Source: Tubiluchus corallicola
Taxonomy: Eukaryota; Animalia; Priapulida
Length of the DNA stretch: 36,918 nt
Direction: 5' to 3'
Assembly (NCBI GenBank): GCA_030141605.1
Contig: JAQGDQ010002441.1
Location: 1-36,918, forward strand
Part shown: positions 20,499 through 28,897 of the stretch, one piece after another
Position numbering within the stretch: position 1 is the first letter of the stretch
How the letters are laid out: every line of letters starts with the position of its first letter
The notes under the pieces: model-generated
Databases searched by the model: none
Told to the model about the DNA's origin: nothing
Seen by the model: only the letters and a program-made list of their open reading frames with translations
Translations under genes and position numbers: made by a program

Positions 20499-22437
20499 AA
20501 AGCTATACGTAAGTCAAGATTATTTATTGCAGCAGATAGAAGGATTAACAGAGGTTTATTTGCGTAACGCTGTGAGTTTAAAAAGAGTAAAAAGTTACTG
20601 CCGCAAAAAACTAAACGGCTCTTGGTATTATCTGTTTGACAGTTTACCAAAAAAGAAACAAGACGCATTAGGAGGGAAAAAAGCTGTAATACACATTTTA
20701 TCATCGCATCGGCAAAAAGAGAACGAACACAAATTAGACAGCATGCGACAACTCATTTTAGATATTGCCGCCGAAAAATTAAACTACCAAGAGCAAAAAC
20801 ACTTTATTTCCGTCCCACACAAAAATGCAATGCAATACTGCGAACAACTAGCACTTCTTAGAGCACTTTTTGCCATACACAAAAACAAGCTTTATAAAGG
20901 ATACTGCAAACTCACAGACATATGGGAGTTGGGTTGTAACATCTTAGCAACAAAAGGAGCGATAATATCACCATCACGCCTAAGGGTAAAAATATGTAAT
21001 GAAATGCCCACAACTTCGCAAGAGCAGTGCGAATGGATAATAAGCAAGCGTTATGGCAATCAAAATGCAAGAAAAGTAGGAGCAGAAATAGGAATAGACA
21101 AGGCTACAGGAGAGGTAGAATTTGAAAAAACACACGAGGCAGTAGCAGTTAATTTATATGCTAATATAGGCAAGAGTGGCAAAACAGACAAAATAAGTGC
21201 CTATAAAAAATATTTGCAAGAAATAAAAAAACAAAACACATTACCAATAGCGTATCGTACTTTTTGCCAAATGCTTTGGAGGGTAGATAATAGGATAAAA
21301 ATAAGTAAAGAGCGGCATGGCACAGATTACTATAATAAGACTTTCCGCCCATACATTGCCACGGCGGGTGTTACACACCCCAATTCGTTGTGGTGTGCAG
21401 ATGGTTCTGGGACAATTGCCTACCAATATAACGATGTCAAAGGTAAAGTCAGAGTAATGAACCTATACACAATCATTGTAAGCGATGTATCAAGCCGTAA
21501 AATATTAGGATTTGCTTGTTCAGAAATTGGCCGTCACAACGAAACACCTAAAATGTTAAAAGATGCTCTAAAAATGGCATTTAAAAATAGCAATAACCAC
21601 TTAGTACACGAGTTTATAAGTGACAACCATACTGCATTTACAGCAAAAGAAAGTAAGGAGTTGCTTAAAAACCTGTTTCAAAGGTATAGAACTATTTCGT
21701 CGGGCAATTCACAAGCAAATCCAGCAGAGGTAACTTGGCGGATGTTTAAAAAGCATTTAAAACTACTCCCCAATTTTACTCACACAAACTTTAATAACAA
21801 AACGGCCTCTGGCATGGCAAACCCAGATTATTTACCAACAGCCAATAAATTACCAACCTACAATCAAACAATAGGATTATTACAAATCGCAATAGACGAA
21901 TATAACGGAAGCACTCAGAAAAACACAAACTTATCACCAGCAGAAAAATACAAACCAACAACACAAACAATAGATGACAAACAGTTAAGGCGAGCATTTG
22001 GAAACACATCTACAGTCGATGTTGGATACATGCGGGGGTATGTGAGAGTAAATAAAAACGAACAGCAACGACTATATGCGATCCCCAATTACATCAATTC
22101 ATTACAACAAATAACAGAAAAAAACAGAGGCAATAGCAAAGTTAAAATATGTTTTGACGATAAGGCAGCGGACATATACACGCTCCAAGGAAAATATATT
22201 ATGACTTGCAATCCAGCAAAAAGAACATCTATCAGCAGTTATGAGGCAACACAACAGCAGGTACAAAATTTTCATAATGCAAAAAAAGAACGAAAAAACA
22301 TCGAAAAATTAATAGACAAATACATAGCAAGGGCAGCCTCTTACAAGCCATATGGAATAATTGCAGCACAAAAGGGAGGGAAGGGAGTAAAGGAAGAAAC
22401 ACATACACAGGAAATACAAATAGTTAGAGATTATTAA
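20476..22437 (+). CDS. MuA-like DDE transposase
   Basis: WCADGS (D1), SDVSSRKILG, ISDNHT (D2), ANPAE (E), IDEYN; followed by an AAA ATPase. Confidence 0.88.
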   Translation: MRVLEFHKKLYVSQDYLLQQIEGLTEVYLRNAVSLKRVKSYCRKKLNGSWYYLFDSLPKKKQDALGGKKAVIHILSSHRQKENEHKLDSMRQLILDIAAEKLNYQEQKHFISVPHKNAMQYCEQLALLRALFAIHKNKLYKGYCKLTDIWELGCNILATKGAIISPSRLRVKICNEMPTTSQEQCEWIISKRYGNQNARKVGAEIGIDKATGEVEFEKTHEAVAVNLYANIGKSGKTDKISAYKKYLQEIKKQNTLPIAYRTFCQMLWRVDNRIKISKERHGTDYYNKTFRPYIATAGVTHPNSLWCADGSGTIAYQYNDVKGKVRVMNLYTIIVSDVSSRKILGFACSEIGRHNETPKMLKDALKMAFKNSNNHLVHEFISDNHTAFTAKESKELLKNLFQRYRTISSGNSQANPAEVTWRMFKKHLKLLPNFTHTNFNNKTASGMANPDYLPTANKLPTYNQTIGLLQIAIDEYNGSTQKNTNLSPAEKYKPTTQTIDDKQLRRAFGNTSTVDVGYMRGYVRVNKNEQQRLYAIPNYINSLQQITEKNRGNSKVKICFDDKAADIYTLQGKYIMTCNPAKRTSISSYEATQQQVQNFHNAKKERKNIEKLIDKYIARAASYKPYGIIAAQKGGKGVKEETHTQEIQIVRDY

Positions 22438-22457
22438 AACCTAAAAATAAAACTAAA

Positions 22458-23372
22458 ATGAACGACGAAAAGAAAGCTCAAATACAGCTAAATTTAAAAG
22501 AATTTTTAAATCAAAGAGTCCTATCGCAAAACAAATTTTCACGACAAAGTGGAATATCTTCTGCAAACATCAGCCGCATAATCAATGGAAAATGGGAAGA
22601 TATTAGCGATGCCATTTGGAATACAGTGGCAGACCACATAGGAATGAAAAATCACTACTGGCAAGTGGCCACTACCACCAACTTAAAAGACCTGTTTCAA
22701 GTTTTTAGTGATGCTCAACAAAAAGCACTATTTATGATGGTAGCAGCCAATGCAGGAATGGGCAAAACAACAGCCGCAAAAGAGTATGCAAAACAAAGAA
22801 ATATATACTACTTAAGCTGCCGGAGCTGGGGACAAAGAGAAATGCTATATCATTTGTGCCGTGCATTAGGCATTGAGACAGGAACGAAGGCATACGAAAA
22901 TATAGACACTCTCACAAACAAGGTAATTTCTTTTTTCAAAAGAGAGGCAAGCCGACAACCATTTTTAATAATAGACCAAGCCAATTCTCTTAAAAGGAAC
23001 GGCCTCTCGTGGATGATTCATTTAGAAAATGAGTTAAAACGGCAGATGGGATGCGTAATAATGGGCACAGAGGCACTGGACAAAATGATGAAAAGAGGCA
23101 TTCGGTTACAAATCAGCGGCTATGCAGAGTTATGGTCGCGGTTTGGCGGAAAAACTTTAAGCCTTTCTGGATACACAAAAGCAGATGTTAAGGCAATAGC
23201 TAATGTTAATGGAGTAATGGGAAGCACTGACATATTTAAAAAATGCACTAATACCTTCACAGGCAGCCATGATATTTATTTGCAAAACGGAATGGCAATA
23301 CCTGTGGTAAAAGATGGCAGAAGAATAGAGAGGCTTGTCACGCAAGAACTATTAAACCAAAACCAAAACTAA
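22458..23372 (+). CDS. MuB-like AAA+ ATPase with N-terminal HTH
   Basis: SQNKFSRQSGISSANISRII HTH; Walker A ANAGMGKT; Walker B LIIDQA; ELWSRFG. Confidence 0.88.
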   Translation: MNDEKKAQIQLNLKEFLNQRVLSQNKFSRQSGISSANISRIINGKWEDISDAIWNTVADHIGMKNHYWQVATTTNLKDLFQVFSDAQQKALFMMVAANAGMGKTTAAKEYAKQRNIYYLSCRSWGQREMLYHLCRALGIETGTKAYENIDTLTNKVISFFKREASRQPFLIIDQANSLKRNGLSWMIHLENELKRQMGCVIMGTEALDKMMKRGIRLQISGYAELWSRFGGKTLSLSGYTKADVKAIANVNGVMGSTDIFKKCTNTFTGSHDIYLQNGMAIPVVKDGRRIERLVTQELLNQNQN

Positions 23373-23374
23373 GT

Positions 23375-23626
23375 ATGGCATACAACAAAAAAAATAGATA
23401 TCAGAGGGCTAGAAAAATACAAGCATTGGTAGATATGAGGAGAAAACAATACGACCCTATAACACTTAAACCACTATCTCTAAAACAGATATATTGGCAG
23501 GACATACACCCAAGGTGGAATATTAGCTATTCTACCTTCTACAATGACAGAAAATTAATGTTGGAAATCAATATTGAAAAAAACAGGCAACTAAACATAT
23601 TAAAAAATGAAAACCCAAACGAATAA
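23375..23626 (+). CDS. Small phage HTH-like protein
   Basis: MAYNKKN...IHPRWNISYSTFYN pattern seen in Bacteroidota transposable phages. Confidence 0.6.
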   Translation: MAYNKKNRYQRARKIQALVDMRRKQYDPITLKPLSLKQIYWQDIHPRWNISYSTFYNDRKLMLEINIEKNRQLNILKNENPNE

Positions 23627-23783
23627 AGACATGAAAAAATTACACAAAATTTCAAATGATAATATTAAAGAAATTGGAGAACTTATTAAAAAATATGCTA
23701 AAAAAGGAATTGAAACGCAAATAAAATCCTTCTCCGAAGATGGAGGAACACGTCAATTTTATTTGGTAGCAATAAATAACTAA
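23607..23783 (+). CDS. Small hypothetical phage protein (58 aa; alternative start 23631)
   Basis: Open frame MKTQTNKDMKKLHKISND...FYLVAINN* filling the operon gap; below the ORF-track cutoff. Confidence 0.5.
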   Translation: MKTQTNKDMKKLHKISNDNIKEIGELIKKYAKKGIETQIKSFSEDGGTRQFYLVAINN

Positions 23784-23804
23784 ACCATAAACGCAATTAA
23801 TACA

Positions 23805-23996
23805 ATGACATTAGAACAACTTCAAAAACAGAGAAAGGAGCTTTTATTTGAGAGAGTAAAAGGGGGAAAGGTATCAGATCTAAAATTAAAAGCCATTGAG
23901 AATAGAATAGAACAACTCCAATTTAATAAATGGAAAAACGAAGCAGGCTGCCTTGGTGGCCTGTTCTATGAAAAATACAAAAAAATTACAACATAA
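23805..23996 (+). CDS. Hypothetical phage protein
   Basis: Co-oriented ORF in the early operon with A-rich leader. Confidence 0.55.
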   Translation: MTLEQLQKQRKELLFERVKGGKVSDLKLKAIENRIEQLQFNKWKNEAGCLGGLFYEKYKKITT

Positions 23997-24011
23997 AACA
24001 CACCAAAAACC

Positions 24012-24656
24012 ATGAAACTAAAAGATTTAACCACAAAAGAAAGAGCGCAATTGCTTAAGGAAGCAACAAAATTGCAACAAAAAGAAAAAGAGATAGAAGA
24101 TAAGAAAAAAACAAACTACAAAACTGCTGTGTCTAAAAAGGTAGATAAAATTTTTCCACAACTTGAAAAAGTTTCAGCAGAATTGGTAAAGAAAAAAGAA
24201 ATGGTATACAGCGACTTAAACAACTTAATAGAAGAAAAAAAAGATATTTACAATGTGAACAACACACAGAATACTCACACATTCAGTAATAAAAAAGCAA
24301 ACAAACGAATAACAATAGGTTATTATACTGTTGACAATTATGATGACACAGCCAATGAAGGCATTGAAAAAGTAAAGCAATACATCTCATCTCTTGCAAA
24401 GGATGACAACAGCAAACGCCTTGTTGAAGCTGTCTTGAAGCTTCTTGCAAAAGATCAAAAAGGAAACTTAAAAGCAGGAAGAGTTTTACAGCTTCGTAAA
24501 ATGGCAAATAAAAGCGACAACGCTGCATTTATTGAAGGTGTAAAGGTAATAGAGGATGCATATAAGCCTATCCGTAGTAAAACATTTGTCAGAGCAGAAT
24601 TCAAAAATGAACAAGGAACATGGATACCAGTGCCATTAGGAATGACAGGCGCGTAA
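24012..24656 (+). CDS. DUF3164 family phage protein
   Basis: Coiled-coil N-terminus; KGNLKAGRVLQL, FIEGVKVIEDAYKP, FVRA..GTW.PVPL; typical of Mu-like early regions. Confidence 0.8.
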   Translation: MKLKDLTTKERAQLLKEATKLQQKEKEIEDKKKTNYKTAVSKKVDKIFPQLEKVSAELVKKKEMVYSDLNNLIEEKKDIYNVNNTQNTHTFSNKKANKRITIGYYTVDNYDDTANEGIEKVKQYISSLAKDDNSKRLVEAVLKLLAKDQKGNLKAGRVLQLRKMANKSDNAAFIEGVKVIEDAYKPIRSKTFVRAEFKNEQGTWIPVPLGMTGA

Positions 24657-24673
24657 AAAAATAAAATTAAAAA

Positions 24674-25072
24674 ATGACAAAAAAACAATTACACAAAAAG
24701 TTTAACGCAATGCTGGCACTATTAGGTGATATGCAACAGAGAAAAGCAGCAATTCTATCAAATGAAGGCGTTACCTCCACAATCGAATTATCAGTCCAAA
24801 AATTAAACGCCTATATTTCAATATTTAAACACGCTTTAAACAGAAGTGAAACAGCAAAGCGAAAACAAAAAATATCTCAAATTTTAACAATCGCAACGAG
24901 GGTTGGCATAAAACAAAAAGATGGGTGGAGTAAATTCAACTATTTTATGTTACATAGAGGAAAATATAAAAAAGAACTGCACAAACATACCTTGGCAGAA
25001 TTGGAAAATGTAAAAAAGCAGTTTATAAAAATTAAACAGAACAATAAAGCAACAGCAAAAAACAAATGGTAA
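24674..25072 (+). CDS. GemA/Gp16-like Mu regulatory protein
   Basis: STIELSVQKL, KRKQKISQIL, LHKHTLAELENV; position after DUF3164. Confidence 0.55.
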   Translation: MTKKQLHKKFNAMLALLGDMQQRKAAILSNEGVTSTIELSVQKLNAYISIFKHALNRSETAKRKQKISQILTIATRVGIKQKDGWSKFNYFMLHRGKYKKELHKHTLAELENVKKQFIKIKQNNKATAKNKW

Positions 25073-25110
25073 TAAAGTTAATAAAAGCAGGTCATGGAGG
25101 GGAGGCATAA
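25066..25110 (+). pseudogene. 14-codon stub resembling the start of an Amidase_3 endolysin
   Basis: MVIKLIKAGHGGEA* resembles the hhhD(A/P)GHGG motif. Confidence 0.4.
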
Positions 25111-25131
25111 TTTATAAATAAACGTATACAT

Positions 25132-25623
25132 ATGAAAGAAATTTATCTAACAATTAAACAGCAATTAAGTAATCTTACAGAAACTATATGGGTAGACTTT
25201 GATTTGGGGCAACTTGACGATCAAGAATTCCCAGCTACATCGTTCCCTTGCGCTCTAATCTCATTTCCAGATGCGCTATCTAGCCAGTACGGACAGAACG
25301 CACAGGGGTTGGAGGTAGCTATTAACATTCGAACAGCATTTAAGCTATCTGAAGAAACACATAACAATGTTGATCCCATCTATGAAGAAGAGATGTTTGC
25401 CCATTTGGACGTGCTTCAACAAATATTCGTAGCACTGCAAGGCAAAGAAGGAGCCTCTTTTTCTCCATTGCACAGAACAGGTTATAAACAAGAACAAAAA
25501 GAGGGTTTGTGTGTTTATAATATCCAATTTAGAACACTCCTTTATGACAGCGACGCACAAACTGGTGGAAGCACAATAAATAAAGCAGATGCCCCACCTA
25601 ACATAGGGACAAATATAAAATAA
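25132..25623 (+). CDS. Phage tail completion/terminator-like protein (Mu gp37-like)
   Basis: WVDFDLGQLD, FPCALISF, IFVALQG, FSPLHRT, VYNIQF. Confidence 0.65.
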   Translation: MKEIYLTIKQQLSNLTETIWVDFDLGQLDDQEFPATSFPCALISFPDALSSQYGQNAQGLEVAINIRTAFKLSEETHNNVDPIYEEEMFAHLDVLQQIFVALQGKEGASFSPLHRTGYKQEQKEGLCVYNIQFRTLLYDSDAQTGGSTINKADAPPNIGTNIK

Positions 25624-25627
25624 AAAA

Positions 25628-25792
25628 ATGCAACAACAGCATCACCCATATCAACAAATATTTGTCGCAAAAAATAATATGCAATATACTATAACTTCCA
25701 AAGCAACAGAGAAAAACATAGAGGTATTCTACGGACATAATGGAGTATTGCATGGGGTAAAGCTTTGTTGTGAAGTGCATTTTGTTGCATAA
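25628..25792 (+). CDS. Short, probably 3'-truncated phage protein (54 aa); duplicated at 27155-27319
   Basis: MQQQHHPY...YTITSKATEKNIEVFYGHNGVLHGVKLCCEVHFVA*. Confidence 0.4.
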   Translation: MQQQHHPYQQIFVAKNNMQYTITSKATEKNIEVFYGHNGVLHGVKLCCEVHFVA

Positions 25793-25823
25793 ATTTTTTT
25801 AAAAAAAAGTAAAATATTCACTT

Positions 25824-25858
25824 AATGGGTTGCATTATTAAAAAATAATGTCTATATT
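25824..25858 (+). promoter_or_regulatory. 35-bp inverted-repeat arm: promoter with internal dyad operator (left)
   Basis: AATGGG-TTGCAT-17 bp-TATATT containing CATTATT-AAAA-AATAATG; exact reverse complement at 26167-26201. Confidence 0.75.
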
Positions 25859-25908
25859 GCAGTTGTGGAAGTGAAAATAGAATGCTCAAAATATTATAAA
25901 AGTACAAT

Positions 25909-25946
25909 AAAAAAAGCGGTTAGGTTTTAAATCCAACCGCTTTCTT
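25909..25946. terminator. Bidirectional terminator-like hairpin (stronger on minus); copy at 27436-27473
   Basis: AAAGCGGTT...AACCGCTTT stem with A7 run on the left and TTTCTT on the right. Confidence 0.75.
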
Positions 25947-26160
25947 AACAGCTTTTTCACGTGTAGTCTGCTTCTGTTACACCAGAGGTTCTTGGGCACA
26001 AATGAATGCCAAAAAACAGTCTAAATACAACATTAGGCAGAAATGAATGCCAAAAAATAGGCTTCTTTCTTACGTGTATTCTTCTTCTGTTACATCAGGT
26101 TTCAAATGGTGCGCCAGGTTTCGGCTGTTATATTATTATATTGTTTTTTCATGATTCTAT
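25909..26160 (-). ncRNA. Putative structured small RNA (~250 nt) with A-B-B-A modules, copy 1
   Basis: Bounded by a promoter and terminator; internal repeated hairpins; closing helix TAACAGC/GCTGTTA; only a 16-codon ORF. Confidence 0.55.
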
Positions 26161-26166
26161 GTTGTA

Positions 26167-26201
26167 AATATAGACATTATTTTTTAATAATGCAACCCAT
26201 T
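26167..26201 (-). promoter_or_regulatory. 35-bp inverted-repeat arm: promoter/operator (right)
   Basis: Exact reverse complement of 25824-25858. Confidence 0.75.
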
Positions 26202-26305
26202 CCAAAAAAAAGTATAAAAAAAAGAAAAAAAATATGAAACTCTGTTTTAAATTGTTCTGTGTATTTGGTGATTAGGGAAAGAAAACAACAAAAAACTATG
26301 ATATA

Positions 26306-26497
26306 TTGAAGATGTTTTTAATTGCTTTATATCTTGAAACTTATTATGTTTGTATTAATTCAACACCAGGTGGGAAGAATGAGTTGGAATTTCGCAACTG
26401 CAAAATAAATGGCGTGGAATTGCCTGATTTTAATGCTAACACGTCTGCAGAAGTAAAAGAACGTATCGAAAACAGACAAAGTAACATAAAATTTTAA
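26306..26497 (+). pseudogene. C-terminal remnant of a lipoprotein-family paralog
   Basis: NCKINGVELPDFNANTSAEVKERI aligns with NCTINGAVLPNFNGNTSPEEKDAI at the end of 28898-29665. Confidence 0.7.
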
Positions 26498-26517
26498 CAA
26501 CAAAAACAAATAAAACT

Positions 26518-27150
26518 ATGAAAGCAAAACATCTATTATTTTTGCCACTTATGGCAATACTATTAACAACATGTCAAAAAAGTGAAATTGACGCACTAAG
26601 AAAAGAACTTGACGACCTTAAAAAAGGCGAGCTTGTTGAACTAAAATTCAAAACAGCAGGCATTGAAGGCAACGAAGCCGCAAGGATGATGACTAATACT
26701 CCCGATTGGATGCCCAATGTATTGGAAATAGAAATAAACGGCACGGTAGTAAGGCGTAAAATAACTTTTACCGATGCCAATGAGATTAGCACAGATGCAA
26801 AAATATATGTGCAAAACGGACAGAACGCACAGGGGTTGGAGGTAGCTATTAACATTCGAACAGCATTTAAGCTATCTGAAGAAACACATAACAATGTTGA
26901 TCCCATCTATGAAGAAGAGATGTTTGCCCATTTGGACGTGCTTCAACAAATATTCGTAGCACTGCAAGGCAAAGAAGGAGCCTCTTTTTCTCCATTGCAC
27001 AGAACAGGTTATAAACAAGAACAAAAAGAGGGTTTGTGTGTTTATAATATCCAATTTAGAACACTCCTTTATGACAGCGACGCACAAACTGGTGGAAGCA
27101 CAATAAATAAAGCAGATGCCCCACCTAACATAGGGACAAATATAAAATAA
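26518..27150 (+). CDS. Chimeric ORF: lipoprotein N-terminus fused in frame to tail-completion protein C-terminus
   Basis: Residues 1-~100 parallel 28898-29665 (signal ...LLTTC, GELVELKFKTAGIE...KIYVQNG); the rest is identical to 25132-25623 from GQNAQGLE. Confidence 0.85.
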   Translation: MKAKHLLFLPLMAILLTTCQKSEIDALRKELDDLKKGELVELKFKTAGIEGNEAARMMTNTPDWMPNVLEIEINGTVVRRKITFTDANEISTDAKIYVQNGQNAQGLEVAINIRTAFKLSEETHNNVDPIYEEEMFAHLDVLQQIFVALQGKEGASFSPLHRTGYKQEQKEGLCVYNIQFRTLLYDSDAQTGGSTINKADAPPNIGTNIK

Positions 27151-27435
27151 AAAAATGCAACAACAGCATCACCCATATCAACAAATATTTGTCGCAAAAA
27201 ATAATATGCAATATACTATAACTTCCAAAGCAACAGAGAAAAACATAGAGGTATTCTACGGACATAATGGAGTATTGCATGGGGTAAAGCTTTGTTGTGA
27301 AGTGCATTTTGTTGCATAAATTTTTTTAAAAAAAAGTAAAATATTCACTTAATGGGTTGCATTATTAAAAAATAATGTCTATATTGCAGTTGTGGAAGTG
27401 AAAATAGAATGCTCAAAATATTATAAAAGTACAAT

Positions 27436-27687
27436 AAAAAAAGCGGTTAGGTTTTAAATCCAACCGCTTTCTTAACAGCTTTTTCACGTGTAGTCTGCTT
27501 CTGTTACACCAGAGGTTCTTGGGCACAAATGAATGCCAAAAAACAGTCTAAATACAACATTAGGCAGAAATGAATGCCAAAAAATAGGCTTCTTTCTTAC
27601 GTGTATTCTTCTTCTGTTACATCAGGTTTCAAATGGTGCGCCAGGTTTCGGCTGTTATATTATTATATTGTTTTTTCATGATTCTAT
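27436..27687 (-). ncRNA. Putative structured small RNA, copy 2
   Basis: Duplicate of 25909-26160 in the same orientation. Confidence 0.55.
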
Positions 27688-27832
27688 GTTGTAAATATAG
27701 ACATTATTTTTTAATAATGCAACCCATTCCAAAAAAAAGTATAAAAAAAAGAAAAAAAATATGAAACTCTGTTTTAAATTGTTCTGTGTATTTGGTGATT
27801 AGGGAAAGAAAACAACAAAAAACTATGATATA

Positions 27833-28024
27833 TTGAAGATGTTTTTAATTGCTTTATATCTTGAAACTTATTATGTTTGTATTAATTCAACACCAGGTGG
27901 GAAGAATGAGTTGGAATTTCGCAACTGCAAAATAAATGGCGTGGAATTGCCTGATTTTAATGCTAACACGTCTGCAGAAGTAAAAGAACGTATCGAAAAC
28001 AGACAAAGTAACATAAAATTTTAA
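27833..28024 (+). pseudogene. C-terminal remnant of a lipoprotein-family paralog, copy 2
   Basis: Identical to 26306-26497. Confidence 0.7.
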
Positions 28025-28072
28025 CAACAAAACCAAATAAAACTATGAAAGCAAAACAACAATTTGAATTAT

Positions 28073-28828
28073 ATGCAAGAGGTTAAGCTACATATAAAAA
28101 TAGAGAACAAGTCGCCTGTTTCACTATATGATTTGTCTATTGGACTATCAGCATTAGCGGACTTATACTCAAAAAGAAATAAAAACCAAAAAGCCAAATT
28201 ATTAGTCAATAAAATAGAAACTGGATGTATTGATATAGATATAGTACCGCTTGTATTGTTTCCTATTATTGAGTTTTCAAAAGAGGCAAATACAATTGTA
28301 TCATTTGTGCAACATATCAAAATGGTAATTGATATTTTAAAGTTAGATAAAATTCCTGAAGACGTTTCTTTACCTCCTTTACAAGATATAAAATGTGTAA
28401 ATCGAGTTGCTTCATTAATTAGTAATAATAATAAAAATGAGACAACAAGTATAAATGCGGTCAACGAGAATGGAGAGATTTATCAAAATTGTATTTTTAA
28501 TGGAGCTGAAGCAATGAATATAAAAAATAATGCTGGTTACATCACTACGAAACGTAGTGATAGTGAAGTACATGAAAAAGAGTTGTTTACTTGGGAGCAA
28601 ACTAATTTTAATAAAGCGACAGGTGATAAAGGATATATCGAACAGCTACATGACAAACCCATAAAAACTATATTTATTGAAGATAACATAAAAAAAGCAA
28701 TGACAAGCGGAGAAAATTGGCAAGACAAAGGATACATTGTAGATGTAATTGTCTCTACACTGAAAGGAGTTCCAGCAGTATATAAAATAACAAAAGTATA
28801 CGAGGAAGAGACTTTCTCACTGAGTTAA
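28073..28828 (+). CDS. Uncharacterised accessory (moron-like) protein
   Basis: Intact ~251-aa ORF; no motif assignable with confidence. Confidence 0.75.
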   Translation: MQEVKLHIKIENKSPVSLYDLSIGLSALADLYSKRNKNQKAKLLVNKIETGCIDIDIVPLVLFPIIEFSKEANTIVSFVQHIKMVIDILKLDKIPEDVSLPPLQDIKCVNRVASLISNNNKNETTSINAVNENGEIYQNCIFNGAEAMNIKNNAGYITTKRSDSEVHEKELFTWEQTNFNKATGDKGYIEQLHDKPIKTIFIEDNIKKAMTSGENWQDKGYIVDVIVSTLKGVPAVYKITKVYEEETFSLS

Positions 28829-28897
28829 TATATAATTAAAAAATATTTATTATATTTGACTCATTATCAAACAAAAACAACAAAACCAAATAAAACT

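Larger units (their letters stand above)
25289..26531 (+). repeat. 1243-bp direct repeat, copy 1
   Basis: Matches 26816-28058 at constant offset 1527; one mismatch seen (26506 A vs 28033 C). Confidence 0.95.
26816..28058 (+). repeat. 1243-bp direct repeat, copy 2 (IR arms at 27351-27385 and 27694-27728)
   Basis: Matches 25289-26531. Confidence 0.95.

Noticed and set aside
25983-26110. preQ1 riboswitch or hammerhead/twister ribozyme (AGAGGTTCT; CTGATG and GAAAC)
   Set aside because: Required partner strands and complete catalytic cores (e.g. CCCUCU, CUGANGA) are missing; only a covariance search could fully exclude them
25946-26130. CRISPR or TIGR mini-array
   Set aside because: Repeats are in A-B-B-A order without regular repeat-spacer periodicity, and no cas or tas gene is present
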